A stretch of DNA of 64,000 nucleotides, from assembly GCA_003971905.1 (NCBI GenBank), contig RSEE01000013.1, forward strand, positions 186,001 through 250,000, in the 5' to 3' direction. Position 1 is the first letter of the stretch. Each line of letters opens with the position of its first letter. The notes under the pieces were generated by a model that saw nothing but the letters and a program-made list of their open reading frames with translations, made no database searches and was not told the DNA's origin. The position numbers were made by a program, and so were the translations under genes. Positions 38,301-51,395 of this stretch are shown piece by piece. The stretch is from Moniliella sp. 'wahieum' (taxonomy: Eukaryota).

Positions 38301-39648
38301 CTCTTGCGCCAAAGAGGAGGCCAGTTCCTGGGCTGCTGCCGCCGCTGTAGCCGAGTCTCCTGCACCAACTGGGTGGCCAGCTCTTGCACCTTGGCGGGGA
38401 GCGATTGGGACCGAAGCACGGCCTGAGCAGCTGTAATGGCCGCGTCACGTTTCTAGCTGGGCCAGAATTGCCCAAAGGCATATTCGGGCGACCGAGCTGC
38501 AGGGTGGGGGTCAGACTCGTTGCAGGTGAGTTGATGACGCTGAGGCGAGAGCCAAAGATTTGTTCGAGGATGAGCTGGTACGCTTGCTCGTGTTTGGTGG
38601 GTGTGACCACGGAAGAAACGGGCTTGGTACTGGCAGCCAAAGTGCCAAGAGAGAACGTTTTGGACCGGTTATTCAGGGCGGAAGCCAAGTCGGCAGCTGA
38701 CGTCGTATCGAGTTCCTTCACAGTGCCAGCTAGCACGGGGGGAGGTGGCCTTGGTACCGTGCACCGTGTGCAGAGCGGCCACTACGTCAGTAAAGACAGG
38801 ACCAACCCGAGTTGTGCGCCCAGCCGTTTTCTCCAATACGGCAACCAAGCTCGCCTTTTGTAGCGCCTCCTCCACTTCCGACGCAAGAAGGTTCGGGCGG
38901 ACGAGGTGAAGTTCAAGCGTGCTGGCGTCACCAGCAATCGAGGCCACACTCGGACCAAGGTAAACGACCAAACGATCGTTGCCAGACTTGTAAGTGTATG
39001 GCTCGACCGAGTGGCCGACCAGGTCGGAAACATGAGCAAAGGCAGACTGGAAGGCCGAGATAACATCAACAGTCTTCAAGGCGCAGAGGTTGCAGCGACA
39101 CCATTTCCATTAGCGCTTCCGTTGGCATGCCCATTGGCTTTCGGCAAGTGGCCGGAAGAGCAAAGACAGAGGGCAAGTCTTGAGCTGTGACGGTTTCCAA
39201 CTTGGCTTCGGTCACCACAGTTTCGTAAAGTGGATGACAGACGTCTGGGAAGCAGCAGCAGCAGCGGAAGCAACGAGGGTGTGATCATACGCCTGCTGTG
39301 CCGTTGAGGAGTAGAGAAGGGCCAAGCCGGAGGAGCGGAGGGCCAGCACGTCGGCGTGCCCAGCGCCGGCGGGGAGACCATGTGAAAGACGACAGGCACA
39401 GAAGCGAGCTGAGGGAGGTAAGGGAGACGGAGTAGAGCGACACGGTCGGCAGGCGCAACAACCGAGACAACTTTGCTTGCGCCAGGCGGGTGGGACTTGG
39501 TAGCCGTCAAGGCAGCGGCGCCAAGCTCAGCATGCAACGGCAGATTTTCGACGGGTGCATTGGAGAATTGCGTGGCATCGACGACCGTTCCAGCGACGAG
39601 CACGGCCGAAGAAAGTACGTTGGCCAACTGGACAACAGGCGAGGACAT
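35374..39648 (-). CDS. MET5: Sulfite reductase (NADPH) beta/haemoprotein subunit with PFOR-like and flavodoxin domains
   Basis: [100 protein letters not shown]. Start MSSPVVQLA at 39648. Confidence 0.95.
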
Positions 39649-40873
39649 GGCTAGATCTTTGCAGGCGAAGCGGTAGTCAGCACAGGCAAGTCCTCGGGAT
39701 GGGCGTTGGGTAGAAACACTCACTAAGCGCGAGAGCAGGGCCAAGTAAGAAAATGGGGCACGTGGGCTCTGGGGGCACCGAGAGCAGAGCAGAGCAAAGC
39801 AGAGCAGGGAAGGCCCCGAAGCGAGAAGGCGGTGGACCTGGGGGGTCCTACTCCGGAGCACGAAGGAGGGGGGGAGGGGGCGAGAGATGTGGGAAGTGGG
39901 CACACGCAGAGGAAGGGGAGGTGGTGGAAGGGGGCGGAGGAGAAGCAGGACTCCCGCCAAAGCAAAAAGATCCGCGCTGGTCAGATCCCGGCCAGATCTC
40001 AGACAGAAAGCACACAATTTCTGTCTGAGTTCTAACTGAGGATTGGTAATTGATTTATTCCGCCGCCGCACTATCGGACTAAAGCTACGAGAGGTCTGAC
40101 AGATTAAAGTAGCGCGGAGAAGTGACCCGTGTCTTGCCTAGCAGCCCCCGCCCGGGATCCCGCATCCGTTCGCTAGGGGAGTCCGAGGCATTCGCCGCCG
40201 ACCGCTCCACCACAGACAGGCGTGTCCACCGTCATGATACCAGTCATCCAGGCGCATCCTCTTTCATTCGTCCCATTGCGCCTACCTCGCCCGAGCAGTC
40301 CCGGCGGCCGTCGTCGAGTGGGCAATTAAAGAAACAGCACGGCGAAGTTGAGCCAAAAAAAAGTCGGCGGCCCGCGCTTGTGCGCCAGAGAAAGATGAAA
40401 TTGCTGCCGCCGGACGCACGGCGAAAACCACACTAGCGCCGTGCCGGACGAGAGGGTGGTCACGCCATCGAGCAGCCCCATACGCCGGTCTTATAGAAAC
40501 CGAGCAATCTAGCCAAAGCCAGGCACCAAGCCGATGCCCCCATCTCTCTGCATGGCCCGCGGTTCGGTGCTAGGTGGCCGGTGGGGCTTCCGGATTGTCT
40601 CTTCTGTCCCCATCTGCCATGGGGACTATCGGGACGGGCGGCTACTGCGTATACACAACGCCAAGTTTCCAGCGTTTTTGGTAACCGGTAACCAGTAACC
40701 AGTAACCCCGGCCGGTATCCTCGGGATAATCGCCCATTACGGTGCACTTGTGTACACAAGCGCTACGGACAAGCAAGCGGGGTTCAACGTTCATTGGCCC
40801 ATCAGTGAATCGACGAGAGTGGGAAAAGAACAGATCATCATTAGTGCATCGGCCAACTTGAACGGCTCCCAGC

Positions 40874-43800
40874 TCAATTCGCCCACCGGTCGGACCGTTG
40901 ACGAGCGTGGGCTGCCCACAACACATCATCTCTTGACGGTGCCCCTTCGGCGGGGGGAGCAAGCGACAGCCGCTCGAGCTGGTCCAACACCGACTGGGCA
41001 TCCATGGTATCTCTCCGAGCTCGGGCACGGACAAACACCAAAGGACAGACGAACGAGGCACAAGGTACGCCTTGGACGACGGCGGCTGGGGGTGCCTCTC
41101 CGGCCGCCTCGGGGGCTGGGGGCAAGGTGCTTGATACCCAACATGCGGCCGAGGGAGGAAGCTTGGCACAGGAGGTGCACAGCTGGTCCAGCCCCGCGAG
41201 GCGACGGTGAAGGTCATGCACCCTCGCCGAAGCCGTGAGCAGGGTAGCTTGTGGATCCAGCAGACAATCGAGGCAAATGTCTGTCCAAATGAGATTAGTT
41301 AGTGGATGGCCCAGCAAGCTGGCTCCAAGGCACACATCAGAGGGTATGGGACGTACCTTTGTTGGACGGCAAACCACACACGGAGCAAACCCGAGCACGG
41401 TAGTGGCCTTCCAGGGTCAGTTTTTTCGTCCCATGCGAGGCGAGGCGGCGCGGCTTGGGACGGGGCATGGTTGCGAACCACTGGTGCACATCCACACCAA
41501 GAAGGTTGAAGATCCTGGCTAGGGGAGGGAGGAGTGTACGCTCAATGTAGTACAGTGCATTCACTTGCACCTCGTCAGGCTGAACAAATGCCTCGGGGGG
41601 CAGCGCCAAGTCGACCAGCTTGGCTTTGGGTTCCCCTGGGAGATGATGTAGGGTACTCGCTCCGCATAGAGCGCTTCCCGACGTGGGTCAATCGCAGCCA
41701 ACCGGGCTGCCACCGCTGCGCCGGGCGGGGGAGGCGCGCGAGTCGAATAACTGCCCATCCTCACTTCCTTGGCAATATCAGCTCCAACGGATTCGTCTCT
41801 CCCACCATGAGTGACGTGAACTGTTGGAGAAGAAAAGACTTGACCTGACTCAGGTCGCGTGTGGAGAACAAGAGTTCAAGACAGGTGCGTTGAATTCGCT
41901 GAAGAAGTGGGTGCCCATCTCTTCGAATCGTTTCCAGTCCCTTGACCTCCAACGCCCCTGGGGAGGACGGGAACTCAAACTTACGCCCAGCGTATCTTTT
42001 CTTCGCCACCAGCACGCTCGGGTCATACCTTTTCAAACTTGAGCGTAACTGGCGCTGGGTTGTCGGCCGTGACAGCAGCAGCCATTTCATGGCCAAGGCG
42101 AAACGCGTCTTGCCGCGTACGTCCAGGGAGATAAACAAAGATCGAATCCGTATCGCCATATACCACCTGTGCTGCCCACTCGGGACGGGAAGTGATCATC
42201 CGGATGGCCCGCTCCAACGTCTCCCGCCCATACTGGACAATGGCGTCGGCGATTTCGACGCAGGGCATGCGTCCACTGAACGTGGCGCTCGTGTACCCGT
42301 ACGTCACGTTGGCCAAAAGTTTGAGCGAAAGTTGACGTGCGTTTTGTTTGCGTTTGAACGCATCGGTTCCGCTGGCCGCTGAGGCTCGAACCATGATTCG
42401 GGTAGCCAACAACTCAGCAAGCATGCGACCCAGTACGCCTTGCCGGACGGAGGCTTTGACAAACACAAGGCCGTTGGGTGAAACCGACAATTGATCAGGC
42501 CCGAGCTCACTTAGCAAGCCGAGGGGGAGCGGCAGCTGGGTAAAGCCAAGCTTAGGTGTGCCCTTAAAGTTCTCCACGCCGACCAAGGCACGTGGAGTAG
42601 CAGAGATTGTAGGCAATCATCATGCTCGGATAAAGCGACTGAAAGTCCAGCACCACCAGTGGCGCCGGGAAGAATGCACTAAGCGGCTCAAGGATCAAAG
42701 GGATGCACTCGGCTGCGTTTTGCGAAGCCACCTGTTCCACTGATGGCGAGGGCATCATGTAATTCTCCATCTTGGCAATCCGCCCCATCACCGACTCGAC
42801 CTTGAACTGCGATCCACGGCTCAGGACAGAGAAGAATTCAATCCCATACACACGAGCAAACTCGCTGGTGCGCGATACCAGCTCCGACCGCTCGATCAAC
42901 TCCAGCACCGTCTCGGCCCGGCCCAATGTATAGCGCACCACACGTTCCACCCATTCCATCCGGGGCCCTTCCCACCAACCCTGGAGTGTAAAGGGACCGA
43001 ACTTGGGCACACGGTAGTGCAGAACATGATACACGATGCTTTCATATGTGTATGAAGTCAGAGCCGCCTCGCTACGCATCAGGCGCCACAGATTAAGCAC
43101 GTGTCGCCCTGACACCCGCAGCACTTCACCCACAGGCCCAACTGCGGGCGCAGCAGGGCCACGGCGTGCCGTTGGGCGAAGCCGGCCCAAGTCGGGCACT
43201 AGGTCCCATGCGTAGGCCTCCCGCGCTCGATCCACCAGATAAGACCAAGATTGGTGGATGTTGTACCCGACCAAAATATCGGGATCCAGAGTTCGGACGA
43301 GCGAGACAAGGGCGGCCAACAAGGGTGCCTCTCCCGATACTTCAAGGATCTGTGCCTTACTTCCCATCCGTCCCGTCAACGCAACTCCGTCCCGCTCAAC
43401 GGCCAGTACACCCGTCGCACGATGGGACCCGACAAACGCATATGCCACCATCTGGACCTCGTCCTGCGCCGGATCGGGCAGGCCGCCGCGGAACGCGCAA
43501 ATACCTCAATAGCCAACTGCGACATGTCGGTAGTGCCTTCGGAAGAAGACAGCTCCTCAAGCCGGGGCGCACGAAAGGAGAACTGGACCGAGGCATCGCC
43601 CGAGGCGGGCAGGTGTTCAAGAAGCGCTTGGTGCCGAGCCGTACGCTCTGCCTGCTCCCGACGCTCAACCCAGGCTCGCACTTGCGACGGACGCGGTGGA
43701 TCCAAGGACCAAGTCCAGGCGTCGACGTGGTCTGTACCCATAGGCTGGTCAAGAAGGATGCTCGCATCGGGGTCACTGTCCGTGTTGCGCACTGTGTGAA

Positions 43801-45747
43801 CAAAATCAGGCAAAAAGGGGAGCGTAGGGGCTTGGAAAGTGAACTTGCGCCCGGCATACTCGCGGGGGCGAGGAGGCAAGTCAGCAGGATCGCTATAAAA
43901 AGCAGGTTGGTCCACTTGCCTGGTTAGGCCAAACTCGTTCAAGCTGTCCATCACCTCATGGGCCGTTGGGGCCGGAAGAGAGAACTGCCAGGTAACCGGT
44001 TGTGATCGGCCAGCAGCCCGTGATGGGGCCGGGCGAGAGGCAAATGAAAATGAAAGACTTGCACCAGTGTCGTGCCCATCTAGCCTGGACCGCTTAAACG
44101 GGGGTGAGGCTGGAGGTGAGTCATCCTCTCCTTCCAGTTCGCTTTGGCGTAGAGGGGAGGAACGATTAGGAGTAAATAAGGCATCAAAAGCTCGCTTGTG
44201 AGGGGTAACACTTCCGGACGATGAAGCCCCAGAACGGCGAGAAGAAGGGTTAGCATCTGAATAACCATCTCCTTCAACCCATTCTTCCCCTTCCACGTCA
44301 TCTTCTCCTTCTTTCCCTTCTTCCGCATCATCATCTTCCTCCTCATTCATGTTCTGTAATTCCAAGGGAGGCAGGTCGGAATTGCGCGCCTCCATAGCCT
44401 GAAGCGTTTGGGCAAAGTGCTGCGTTCGAAAAAGTCAAGATCTTGCTGGGTTTGAGGAGGAGGTAATTCGTCCTGATCTTGCAGCTTCTCTTCTTCCTCT
44501 TGCTCCACATCTGGTTCGGGGGCAGGGGGAGGCACAGCCATGGGAGACGATGAAGGCATCGCGCCTAACGGAGACGAGGGCAGTTGCCTCGATATCCGTA
44601 TGCGGGGAAGTGGGGAAGCGGAAGATTGAGACGATAAGAACCTAGCCTCGTTCTGAGCTCGAGCAGCTGGAGAGAAGGGTTGGACCTGGAGGTATAGGTG
44701 GCGGTGGGGCAGACAGACTCAAAAGCGGTAGGGATGGCATGGGAAGCTTCAGGAGGAGGGCGAGCGAAACCAGGAACCGAATCGATGCGTGTGTGAAGCA
44801 GGTGTCTGTCTGCCTCAATACGGTTATACAGTGAACGCCAGAGTCGTTCGCTCGCCTGCCATTCAGGGCATTCTCCCGGCCCATAACGTCGGTGTTCACC
44901 GGTCGCTGCGGGAGGGGGGATAGTGGGCGGAAGGCCCTGCGATGCGGCGCGCAGATTCTTGCTGCCACAGAGCAGTGAGGGACGGGACCAGCCTCTGATC
45001 GGATGCAAGTGGGGGTTCGTTCAACTTGAGATGTATGTTTCGCTGGGTCAAATCGTGACGATTGAGAATATCAGTAACATGAGCATCAACCTCGATAGGA
45101 CAGTAGGACTGCTTGGCTTGAGTAGGCGTGCAGCTGGCAAGTCGAAGCAGATCGCACCCATACACATTAAAGTCGAGCAGCCACTGCAGCTGGAAGCGAA
45201 TGTGAATCTCGTAAGGCTGGAAACGCGTGTTCATTACACGACCGGAGAGAAGGATGGTGTGGATGCGCGAGTGCAGCGAAGGATCGTAGAAGGAGATCTT
45301 GAGGAAATACGACCAGCCAACGTGATACCCATAGAAAGGTACGGCCTTTACAAGCGTGATGGAGTGGAGGTAGCCATCGGAATCGGATGGGGGGCGACGG
45401 AAGGAGGAGGCGAGGGCCGCATTGAGCTGGCGGTCGAGCTGGGCAATATAGGCGGCGGCAAACTCGGGCTCGAGGCGGTGAGGGTAGGGGATGTAGCAGT
45501 AGGGATACGCGCCGTGCAGATGCACGCACACCGTCTGGCAGTCGTCCGTTGTCCCGTACGCTCGCAGGATGGGCACGCGGCGTGCCCTGATACCCGGGTC
45601 GTCATGCAGGCCCGGCGGGAGGAGGGCATGTTCGAGATGGGTTAGCCGCAGCACAAGGGCAGGCGGGTCGACGCGCACGCCCGACGCATCGGATGCAGAT
45701 GGGGGTGGTGCTGGGGAGGAGCGAGGATGCGGTGCGCCGGCAGCCAT
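40874..45747 (-). CDS. REV3: DNA polymerase zeta catalytic subunit
   Basis: CVHLHGAYPY, FQPYEIHI, SRGSQFKVES, VLDFQSLYPSMMIAYNLCYSTC, KLLANVTYGYTSATFSGRMPC, VVYGDTDSIF, C-terminal CSVC..CLDC and CTSC..C..C motifs. Confidence 0.97.
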
Positions 45748-46017
45748 GCCGTGGCCGCGGGCGGAGGCGGGAGCGGTGGTGGAGACGGCGGGACAGACGA
45801 GGAATGGGCGGGTGGTGGCGAGAGGCGATTTAAATGGGCGCGGCCTAGGCTGGGTGGATCACCGTCTATAAAATGCGGCCGTCCGACCGACAATTTCATT
45901 TGCCCCGCCAGCGCGTCTTCGTTCGGACGATTCCGCTCGTGGGGCAGCAAGTGTCCAGCATAACCTTCTTGCCGAACGCCTGCCGCCCCTTCGCCCAGCG
46001 CCCCACATCCCCAGCTG

Positions 46018-49000
46018 ATGCGAATCCTTGCCGCTCCTCTGCTTGGGCGTGCTGCCGCCGCCACCTCCGCCTGCCGCGCCTCCCTCGCCCGCGCCTCCCT
46101 TGCCCGCCCCGCCGTGGCCGCAGCAGCCCTTTCCCCGCGGCCGCCGCACCGCCCACTCAGCTCCTCCGCCGCCCTCGCCCACCACCACCACCACCCTGGC
46201 TGTTGTTCTCTCCGCACCCGCGCCCTAGCCCAAGCCCAGGCACAGACACAGTCCCAGTCCCGCACCCTGGTGCCAGCCCTTCGCTCCGCTCGGCCCGCCA
46301 GCGCCGCCCGTCTCGCCACGTCGGCCGTGGCACAAGCCACACCGGTGGCCGACGCGGAGCAAGAAAGCGAGTGGCTCCGCCTGCCCCGTCACATTCGCCC
46401 TGCCCACTACGACTTGATCGTCAAGTCCGATCTCGAGGCGCTTACCTTCCATGGTTTGGTCACCATTACCGTCGACGTAGTCGAGGCCACCGACCGCGTG
46501 ACGCTCAACGTGGGTCCCAAACTCAAAGTGAGCAAGGCCCATGTGCGGACCGCCGATGGCCACCTCGATGCCGTCCTGCCTCTCTCCCTCGACCAGCAAC
46601 ATGAACGGGCAACGATTGTGCTCCCTGAGAAACTTGCAGTTGGCACTCAAGCTACAGTGAGCATCGCCTTTGGCTCCGACCTGGACAACTCAATGGCCGG
46701 CATGTACCGCTCCACTTGGGCCCACGAGGGACAAGAGGGTTTCTATGCCCTGACGCAATTTGAACCCACTGCGGCTCGACGTGCGTTCCCCTCGTTTGAC
46801 GAGCCAGCACTAAAGGCGACAGTGAGCTTCCGCATGGTGCACCGTACCCCTACTGTTGCGGTGGCCAACATGCCTATCAGCCAACCGGCTCGCCCCATCT
46901 CGCTGGCGGAGCAAGACGAGTTGCTGCGGTTATCGGAACTGGGCTTGGATACCACTTCCATCGTGTCACCGTTGCGCAAGGACCAGCCTCCATCGGAAAC
47001 CGAGTTGAAGCAAGACGAGTGGTCGCTTACCTCTTTTGATCAGGTGCCCAAATTATCCACCTACTTGATTGCGTATGGCAACGGTCCCTTTGTTCACCTC
47101 ACTTCCTCTTACACATCGCCTCTGTCTGGCGAAAAAATTGACCTCAAGATTTACACTACTCCGGAATACATTCATCAGGCCCAATTTGCCCTCGATTGCA
47201 AAGCGCGCGTGATGCCCGAGTACGAGAAGGTGTTTGGGATCGCCTATCCTCTCCCCAAGCTCGACACACTTGTTGCGACCGACTTTGATGCCGGCGCAAT
47301 GGAAAACTTTGGGCTGATCACAGGTGCGCATCCCATCCGACTATGTGCCTGTAAATGGAATACTGATCTCCTTGCCAGGCCGTACTTCCATTTACCTTGT
47401 CGACGAGAAGAAAGGCGGATTGAACTCAAAGAAGTTGTGTGCCAGTGTGCAGAGCCATGAGTGCTCCCACCAGTGGTTTGGTAACATCACCACCATGGAG
47501 TCTTTCCAAAGGTACGTTGCTGTCATCCTGTAGGTAACCTCGTCCCGATCTAACGGTCTCCATCGATCAGTTTGTGGTTGCAAGAAGGCTATGCTACGCT
47601 GGTAGGCGAGGTGATTATTTGGACCGGTGTTGGCCAGAGTGGCACTCGGACCGCGAGTTTATTGTTTCCCACTTGGCACGTGCCTTGGAACTTGATGCCA
47701 AGCGGTCCTCTCATCCGATCCAAGTCCCTCTTCGAGGAGAAAATGTCGAGGCGGCAATCAACGAAATCTTTGATGCGATTTCCTACTCCAAAGGGGCGTC
47801 GGTGCTACGCATGCTGAGCAAGATGGTGGGTGAGGATGTGTTCCTCAAGGGAACTTCCATCTATCTCAATAACCACTTGTTCGCCAATGCTACCACGGAC
47901 GACCTCTGGAAGGGCATCTCGGAGGCTTCCGGTCTGGATGTCTCAGCTATTATGAACAACTGGGTTCTCAAGCAGGGTTCCCCGTCTTGACTGTGACCGA
48001 GTCGGATGACAGCATTACCGTGCGGCAAAACCGCTTTTTGGCCACAGGTGATACCAAGCCCGAGGAGGACGAAACCTTGTGGTATGTGCCATTGGGACTC
48101 AAGACCATTTCGGCCACGGGGGAACCGCAGGTGAACCATGAGCTGGTGCTCAACCAGGAGCGAGAGGTTACCATTCCTTTACCGCAGGCCCAAACAGCTG
48201 CATGGAAGCTCAACGCCGACACTGTTGGTGTGTACCGCGTAGCCTATTCCCCCGCGCGTCTTGCGCTGCTGGGTCAGGAGGCAGCCAAGCCCAACTCTAT
48301 CTTCTCCCTCGAGGACCGGGTGGGACTGGTAAACGACGCGCACACGCTCGCCAAGGCCGGGTACGGGAGACGTCGGGCACGCTCAATCTGCTCCAAACGC
48401 TCTTGGGAGAAGCTTCCTTCTTGGTCAACTCGGCGGCCCAGGTGGCCTTTAGCGAACTCAACTCGGTTTGGTACCAAGAACCCGCCAACGTCCAAGCTGC
48501 GCTGCGCAAGTTCCAGCGTGCGTTTTGGGCGCCGAAAGCCCAAGCTCTGGGCTTTGTGGGCAAGCCCGACGACTCGGTTGAAGTGCAGCAGCTGCGTTCC
48601 TTGGTGCGCCCCCTTTCCCCTAGACCTCGCATGTGGCATCTATTCTGACTTTTTCTTCAGGCCATTGGCGGCGCCGCCACTGCGGAAGACGAGTGGACGC
48701 TGAACGAGATTCAGCAACGCTATGCGGCGAGCATGGCTGGTGACGACTCACAAGTCCCGCCGGACCTCTTGGTGCCTATCTACATGAATGCTGTCAAGAA
48801 GGGAGGCGAGAAGGAGTACGCATACCTCTACCAGGTGTATGGCAACCCACCGACGCCTGCCCACAAGGTAGCGAGCATGTATGGTCTGTGTGCGACCGAG
48901 GATCCAGCGCTGCTTGCGCGCACGATTGATTTCCTCTACTCGGGTCAAGTGAAGGAACAAGATTTCCTCCACTTTTTCCGCGCGCTCTCCTCGCGCCCCC

Positions 49001-49290
49001 GGGGCCGGAAGGTGCTGTGGGAAGCGACGCAGGCCCGCTGGGGCGAGTTGACCACCAAGTTTGCTGGCAACTTTGGTATTAGCCGTCTGGTTGAATCCTC
49101 GTTTGATACACTTACTACCGAGGAAGAGGCCGACCAGGTCACAGCCTTCTTTGCCAACAAGGACTGCACTCGCTTCACCATGGCCCTGGGCCAAGGCCTC
49201 GAGTCGGTTCGCACGCGCGCTGCTTGGCTCACCCGCTCGCGGGATAATGTCAAGGTTTGGCTGGAGCAGAACGGATACCTGTCTAGCTGA
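46018..49290 (+). CDS. APE2: M1 family zinc aminopeptidase (Ape2/puromycin-sensitive type) with ERAP1-like C domain
   Basis: LTQFEPTAARRAFPSFDEP, GAMENFGL, HECSHQWFGN..LWLQEG, IFDAISYSKGASVLRML. Introns at ~47324, ~47512 and ~48604. Confidence 0.93.
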
Positions 49291-49524
49291 TCCATTCCCA
49301 GCATCTACACAACTGCCCCTCTCCAATGCATGGCGTGCGGGAAGAAAACGTCATTTGATGTAGTCGCTCCAGCTAAGGGCGAGAGGGGAGAACCGAAACC
49401 ACAGGGTGCGTGCGTGAGAGGAGGTAGGCGCCTACGAAAGGGAAACCGGATTGCTTGCCACAGGAAGATAGAGGAATATGACTACGAAAACTGGTAACAT
49501 GACCAGGGTAAACGTCGTCCCTCT

Positions 49525-50233
49525 CTAGCGGTCCTCAGCCCACTCGTTTTCTTTGCGCACCTGCGCCTCTTCCTCTGGCGTAAAGTCATTCTGAATGTTG
49601 AACACCTTGCGAATCTCCTCCACGCTCTTTCCTTTGATCATAAGAGCGACCGTGATGCAGCCCGCATCAAGGAGGGCGCGAATGTCGAGATAGTTGGCTG
49701 CCATAATGATCTCACACAGCATCTCCTGGTCCACGTTGAGGAACTTCTTGTCCCACTCGTTCACCTCGGGTGCCGCCTTGCGCGCCTCATCAGTCTCGTC
49801 CGACGAGGGGAGTGGGTCCTTGCGGTGGTGCAGTCACACTCTAGCACCTAGTCACAGAAAGCACAGCATCAACACCTACACATATCGCGGGCGGCAAGTA
49901 GCCAGAGAGTGCGTACCTTTTTCAGTACAGGGGCTGTGACATTCGGCAACGGGATAGGGAGGTCCGTCTCGCCAAGGTCTGATCAAGCCAAGCAGGCAAA
50001 GAGGTCAGCAATTGAGGTTTAATTGGGGCTTAAGTTTGATATTGAAGTCCAGCGGTCAACTGACCAGGGAACTCAGGGGCCGGGATGGGGAGGGGGGTGA
50101 GGGAGCAAGACCAGGACTGAGAGTGATCGATGAACAGACATACCCTCAAGCATCTGCTTGATGAGCCAGACCGCTCAGCCACGTCGCGGGCGACGTCGAA
50201 CGTCTCGTTGTCGGCAGTGGTGAGTTTGACCAT
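49525..50233 (-). CDS. SKP1: SCF ubiquitin ligase adaptor Skp1 (two introns)
   Basis: [85 protein letters not shown]. Confidence 0.97.
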
Positions 50234-51395
50234 GGTGGCTGGAAGGGCAGGGAAAGGGGTGGTGGGAGGGGGGAGGGCAAGGCATTCACGCGGTGCGGGT
50301 GGGGTAACGCCTTATTCCGCCGACGGGCGGAAGAAGGCGGCCATGCCGAAGCGTAACCCTAGTGTCGAGTGAGCCAGAGGGTGTGATCGATGACAGGAGC
50401 CGGCCACGCAGCCACAGCAGCGGGGACTGCCCGGCCTGCGCGTTATAGTTGGCAGGGGCGGGGGCTTGGGGGCAGTATGCCCAGTAGGAGAGACGGTGGC
50501 GCAGGCTGCTGTTATCGATTGGCCAACTGAGGACACCGAGCAATGCCGTGGGTACACAGAGAGTACTCATTTGGACTGTGGGCGGGCCAACGCCACTGCT
50601 ACACCAGCTTAGACCTCGCTTACGCCTCGCTACCGCGGGGGTGAACGCATCCGTCGAGCTGTGTGCCCCTGTGCAGAGCGCACGCAAGACGGTCGAATTA
50701 ATGATCGACGCTGAGCGCAACGTAGAGCCTCAGGCTGGCGGAGTGCTGGGCCTCAGCGCCTCAGCGCTGAGCGAATGTACGTTGGACTTGCAGCAGGGTA
50801 GCCGTAGTCGGTAGCCGGCATAGCGCAGGTACTCTCGCGCAAGTGGCATTATCGATATCTCGATTGCCGATTAATGAAGCTGTGGCGAAGGCCTCTGTTG
50901 CCCGAGCACCCACCTTGTAAGAGTCTCGCATCTTTTGAACTCAGCAGCATGGGCTCCGTGCGATGCTAGCAGCTTCGTCCGGGGGCGCCGGGTACCATCC
51001 AAGCATGAGCATGAATCGAAACAGCCGCTAGTCGACATAGGAGAACTGCTATAGTACAGCCGGCAAAATCCAGTCAGCCTCGGCAAGCCCTGTCCCCCCT
51101 TATTGTTCCGCCATCATCGTACCTCGCTATCCTCCCCGCTCTCAGACAATAGCCAAGCCATCTTCTTTCCGGCCTTCTCTTCACGCGGCCCAGGCTCCTC
51201 AAGGCCTCGGGGCAGTGCGAATGCGCAGCCCTCGCGTCGAGCCGGACGCGCGCAGCCAGCCACTAGTCACTGTCTCGCTGCTGGGCCACAAGGTGACATA
51301 TATGTCCGACGCGTCGGATGCACGCCTCCACCAACCAACCAGCCAACCCATCTTCTCTTCGCCACCACCGCCAAACAGCCGTAACCTACTACACT

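Noticed and set aside
37800..39648. PFOR-like domains fused to sulfite reductase as a novel fusion
   Set aside because: This is an established architecture of fungal Met5-type subunits.
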